Below, one piece after another: positions 58,701-64,000 of a stretch of DNA of 64,000 nt (its first letter is position 1; every line of letters starts with the position of its first letter). The stretch lies in assembly GCA_008632985.1 (NCBI GenBank), contig QPGO01000028.1, forward strand, positions 429,598-493,597. The letters run 5' to 3'. The notes below the pieces were generated by a model, which was given only the letters and a program-made list of their open reading frames with translations, searched no databases and was not told the origin of the DNA. The DNA comes from Psammoneis japonica. Its lineage: Eukaryota. Both the position numbers and the translations under genes were made by a program.

Positions 58701-61700
58701 GCTTTCAAAACACCCATGCAGGCTGCAGTCAACCTTGTGCTTCTGTCACTGGCAAAACTCTGTGAAGCCAGGGCTCAACTCCTCTTGTTCCCATTTCATT
58801 TCAAACTGTGGAAGTTGCTTGCACTGGCGCGGACATGACAAACATGACGGTGATGAAGATGGCCTTTCTCAATGAAGAAATCCATGCAGATGCACAAGAG
58901 GGATGGTCATTGCGAAAATTCCACCCCATGACTTGAGCAGCATTGACATGTCATGAGGGAAAGTGGACACTGCCACTGCTGCTGCTGTGCTGCCCACCAT
59001 TGTCATCTCTCTCTCTCTGTGATGCACTGTGGATTGTTGATGCTCACAGCACTGACAATCACAGTGTCATGTCACACCATTGTTGTTGCATGACCTTCCA
59101 CTTCAAGAGTCTTCCACAAACAGACAGTTGGTTGGTGCCAGCATCAGAAGGACCAGCCATTGCAAGTTGCAACATTGATTGAGAGGCGCACAGCCACACA
59201 CACACGTCTCCTTCCACCTTCTCGCAGCGACATTGGCATCATTGTCATTCACACAAACACCAACAACAGCAGCCAACATCATCCATGTTGCTGATGAAAA
59301 AGAAATTCAAGGACACGATGAAAGCAATGCAACAGTTGAGCCTGGAATGCGTTCTTTGGTGCCACGGCAGCCAGACAAAAAAAGCCAAAGCAACAGCAGG
59401 CGTCGTCTTCAACGACAATGACAACAACACAGCAGCGCGTGCTGCAGATGTCACCATCCAATGAACCACAACAAACAGGAGAAGGGGGCAAACAACAATG
59501 ACGTGAGCAAACCAAGGAACCAGCAGTCACACATTTTGGCATCGGTCAGACAATGGCCAGTTGCTTGGAGCCAGTTTGTCAATGGTTGAAAGACCTTTCC
59601 AGTGTGGCAAAGGTTGTGTTTTTACCTCAGCAGTTTCTGCACATGATCATCATTGAAGGCACACATCCCACTGGCTAAACGACTTGGACAGTGAAGGAAG
59701 TGAAGGAGAACATGAGTGAAAAGTTGGCACAATGCTTGTGCGATGCATTGCAACAAGACACATGTCTGGCTAATTTGCCATTCATTGAGCCCAACCAAGG
59801 TGTGATCGAGGTCCATCTCTGAGCTTTGCCTTGAGGAGGAAAGCAATGCAAATCACATCCCTTGCACCCAATGTCTTGAAGGTTAGAATGTGGCTGGAAG
59901 AGAACATCCATCATGCCATCTTGAAAGAAGAACAAGCAGATGAGAGCTCAAGCAATGACAATTCAAGCCCAAAAGAAAGGGAGGGGATCATGCCACATGG
60001 GTCCCAGCCAACCCACATTTGCTTCAACATTTGACTGGCAAACCCTTCTGGGCTGAAGCATGACACCTCACTGTTGAAATGTGTTGTGTGCCATTGGGGT
60101 GCGATGTTGAGAGATGTGCCAACAAGTGGGGAGAAATGTTGGGAGACAATGTTGCTGCCAATGCAGAGAGGGGCTGAAGCAAGTCCAAGAAAAGAAGCCT
60201 GCCAATGCAAATCTGATGGCTTTGATGCACACCAGGAGCATGGGGTCACTGTGTTGGGAAAATCAGCAGGGAAGCAGGAGCCAACCTCAAAGCAGATGAG
60301 AGCATGGTGCAGGAGATGCAGCAACTGAAAATTTGAGAATGGGCTTCTCAGTGCAAAAATTTTGACATGTTGAGAGAAGCACCAGCTTGACGAGTTTGAG
60401 AGGTGCGCAGAGCCAAGTGTTAAAACAAGCAAAAATTGTGCACAACTTGGGTTCCACCATTCATGGTGGCTTGTTGCAGCAAAACTTGATCTTTTTTGAA
60501 AACAATGGCCCACATCATCACATTGATTTTGGCACACCAGCCACAAGCAGTCAGAGTGATGATGACTCTGACACATGCTTGCTGCTGTCAAAATGCTTGA
60601 GCCAACAAAAAGATGCAAAAGGCTCACAATGAAAAAACTGCAAAAGGTTTGTGGTTTTTTTGCTCTGTGTGTGAAAAGACAACAACAAAGTTCTTTGACA
60701 CCCCTCTTCAGGCACTTGCAGCCTGAAAAAAAGATCTCCAACAAACAACATGACAAGCCCCCTTGTGCTGCACTTTCCACAGGCTCAGCTTGCAAAAAAC
60801 AATCTCATGAAAGCAGGTGAGATCACAAATGGTGTGGCTTGCCACACACCACCACCAACAACAACAACAGCTCCTTGTCGCTGGCCTCTCTCAAAATGAT
60901 GCCAGACCACAAACAACAAATTGCCAGGAGCCAGCAGCAAGAAGCAAGAGCACTGCTGGATTCAACCACCATGGACTTGCACTCACAAGAAAAATGACAG
61001 CAGCACTGCTCATCGTGGCAAAATGTGGAATTGTGAGTTGATTGGCTGTGGCCTGCTGTTTGAGTGAGACAACAACAGGCTAGCTCAAACCACAAAATTG
61101 CCAAACATCAATCAGAGATGATGCCCACAGCAGGGCTGATGATGTGCTGTCGTTTCAGGTGAGAAATGTTGGCACAAATCATTTAGATTTCTGCTTGTTT
61201 TTGCACAATGCATCTGTGTGTGAGACAAAAATGAGCTCTGCAAAGACATGTGTTTTCATGTCTCAAACCACAAACAACTCTTGGCAAAAATGTGGCACCA
61301 TGCCACCAACACAAACTCACCTGCTCTTGCACCAGCAGCTGTCACAACAAAGAATTGAGAATGTGGGGACACACCAATGAGACCATGCTCTGCATGATCA
61401 TGATGCAGTTGAAATTTTGATTTTTTGCCACTTGCCTTGTTTTGCATCTTGTGGATGGACTTTCAACTCATGGCCATTTTTGCACCTCTTTTTCTCTTCA
61501 TCAGATTGTGAGTCAGCACCCTTTGCAACACTTCACTCTGTTAACTTTTTGACACCTGCTGCCCACACAAACAAAACTCATTTTTGCAATGCATTGGTGT
61601 GCTTTTTGTGATGCATCAAAATGCACCTTGAGTCACTGTGGGTGACAATGATGAGTGAGCATGATCAACAAATCAAATTTAGGCACCTGAAAAAAGGCAT

Positions 61701-63372
61701 GGTTTGAGGGTTTGTGGCAATTGACAAGCCCACAAACAACTCTGACAGGTGTGGCATTGTAGAGCACAGAACAATGACACCAGCAGTCATTTTTGTTTGT
61801 TGCCACTTTGCTCCTTTGTTGAAAGTTGGAAGTTTGTCATGTGAGAGAATGGAAATCTTGTTTGTGCTTGCCATTGTTGCTGCCTCTGCTGTGCAAATCA
61901 CTCAATTTCTCAACAGTCACAAAACCTTGACACAACTCTTTCAGTGCCATCCTGCACAACTCACCCAAGTCTCCCATTGTGAAGGTCAACAAACCAGCAG
62001 CCAATCTTTGAGGCAGCCCACCATGCACAAAACAAGTGTGTGCAGAGCCAGCTTCCCCCAACTCTTCTTGCAAAAAAAAAACAGAGTTGGAATGCCACTT
62101 TTTTCACACAAACTCTTTTGTGCTGCAAGAGTGTTGGCACTGGTTTGAACTTTTGAACAGTCAGGTGCAGCGGAAGAACAGAAAAACATCACAGTGCAGA
62201 CCATCATTTTCTTGCAAATCACCTCCAAAAAAACATGGGAAAGTCCACCAAGATTTGTTTGCACAAGCTGCAGAGTGACAGAAAAAAGGTGGACACAACA
62301 AGCCACACCTTCACACCCACATTTCTCACCTGGCAGGGTGAAAACAACACACCGACTGCCCGGCTGAGCAGGCCAGCTCTCATCACCCTCGTTGAAAGTT
62401 GAGTCTTCAGCCTCCTCTTTTCAACGCATCAAATTTTTGGCAGGCTGCTAAAGTGCACATGGATTTTTTGAGCCCCCCAAGTGAAAAACACTGTTGTTTG
62501 CACAAGCAGGCTGACAGAGAGATTTTTCATCTGGCTGCAGGGAGCAAGCATGGTGGGCTGGCAGCACGCCACCTCCTCCTCAGTTGGCAGCACGTTGTGT
62601 CTTCCTTTTGTGACTTTGTTGGCACATGCAAGACACTGTGGTGCATGTGCCAACAAACCAGACAGCTGCAAACTGCTGGAGATGGCGTCACATTTTTGCA
62701 GCAGCTTGGAAGCTCTCTCCAAATGGACATGCATGCAGCGGCGCCAAAAAATGGTCGGTCACATGTCCGTCTGTGTCTGCCTCCTGCCCTGACCCCAAAT
62801 GGACCGGAGACAGATGGGTGGGACGAAGTTGGGGTTTGGGGCTGACCACTTTCAGAATGACCAAATTTGCAAGTGGTCTTTGCACATGAAATGGAATGAA
62901 ATGACTTTTGCATGGTTCGGGGTTTCACAAAAATTGCCATGTTCACTCATGTGAAACATTCGCAATTTTGCATTGCCTTGGTCATTTTTGGGTTGGGATG
63001 CCATTGACTCCTGGCCAATCAATTGGCTGTTTTTCTGTTTTGAGGTCATTTGCATTGAATGTTTGAGTGCCATTTACTTTTGTCTCTTTTTTGTGCCCTT
63101 GATCTGCTGTGTGGACATGATGTGTCACTTTTTCCGTTGAGATGATGGATTTTTGGATTTTGTGCTTTTTGCGCACGCTCGCTTTCAAACCGGAGATCGT
63201 GAGCACAAACAACTTGCTCAACCGCCTTGTTTCTGTGCCTGACAAGGACAATCACATGATGCAAGCCCAGATTGTTGCTGCATTGTTAAAAATCATTGTC
63301 CAGTGATTGCAGTCTTTGGCTGTGATGCCTTGCATGGTCATGTTTGCAGCTGGAGCCTGACAGCCTTCTTCT

Positions 63373-63630
63373 TTATGAGCCCTCCTCTTGTGTGCTCCTG
63401 AAGCAACCAAGGAGCTCCCTCAATGCCAATGATGTGTCCTTTGTTTTCCTGCCATCAAGCTTCTTCCCAAGATGAAGCCCCTTTCTTGTTGTCACTCTGG
63501 ACAGAGCCACATGAGCCCAGTTGTTTCTGCATTCAAAGTTGTTGACAACCAGGCTCTCTGAGGCAAAGTGGCCTCCATGTTGAACAAAAAGAAGCCTCTC
63601 TTTGCATTCGAATGACTGGCACTTTAGCAA
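63373..63630 (-). pseudogene. PIF1-like (Helitron-type) helicase C-terminal remnant
   Basis: SLVVNNF..NNWAHVALSRVTTRKGLHL corresponds to the helicase motif VI region YVALSRV with Y->H. Confidence 0.65.
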
Positions 63631-64000
63631 ACAACATTGTTCAGCTTGTGGTTGTGGACAGGGAGAACAAGGTCCAATTCTCTGGGCACCTGAACAAGGA
63701 CATGGGGAACAGACATTGCTGGCAGATCAAAAGGTTCTAGACTTTCAGATGTTGCCATGAGAGTCAGTCACAAAAATGACAAAGATCCAGAGGAGAATGG
63801 CTGGCCTGTCAGGACTTGTCTGATCACAAAAAATGAAAACACCACCAAATCACGTCTTCAGTTTTGTCAATCAAGAATTGGGCGACAACGCACAAAGACA
63901 ACAAGCACAAGACAGAGCATGTTGCCGATGATGTGATGCATTGTGCTGTGTTGTGCACCATCCACCTGCTACACCCAACCATTTGTGGGCTGCCAGCACC

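Larger units (their letters stand above)
57540..64000. other. Heavily decayed TpA/CpG-depleted repeat block (Helitron/Crinkler-like remnants)
   Basis: TA is nearly absent over 6 kb; only the two recognisable protein remnants remain. Confidence 0.65.

Noticed and set aside
1..64000. Alternative genetic code or RNA editing as the explanation for Tyr->Cys/His
   Set aside because: Host genes in the same window use Tyr and standard stops normally. The changes occur on both strands, in non-coding DNA, and independently in the two LTRs after insertion.

Overview
Eukaryotic genomic DNA, most likely from a pennate diatom. This is inferred from CoDi-type Ty1/copia elements, 74-80 nt GT-AG introns and diatom-style gene families. 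Two gene islands of ordinary composition (about 19.3-38.5 kb and 44.6-48.1 kb) alternate with transposon blocks. The islands encode a sulfotransferase-like protein, an SDR, a GT92-like glycosyltransferase, a SOS1-like Na+/H+ antiporter, a TRIC/UPF0126 protein, a CSC1/OSCA channel, a cyclophilin-like protein and an aspartoacylase. The strongest signal is a hypermutation confined to repeats: TpA and CpG dinucleotides are converted to TpG/CpA. Tyr codons become Cys/His, TAA/TAG stops vanish, and 21 of the 22 differences between the two 169-bp LTRs of one copia element are YpR transitions. This runs opposite to the direction of fungal RIP. Other notable elements: (i) a complete 4.9-kb ISL2EU/Harbinger-type transposon (TIRs, AT TSD) whose single ORF fuses a FEN1/XPG-type nuclease, Zn finger, SWIM and DDE transposase, inserted in a CRE-like non-LTR element; (ii) a decayed DDE transposase with a WRN-like 3'-5' exonuclease embedded in it; (iii) an unmutated 396-bp MITE (24-bp TIR, 4-bp TSD) inside the copia RT; (iv) Helitron-helicase and Crinkler-like remnants. 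Domain calls come from motif recognition by eye; no database searches were run.
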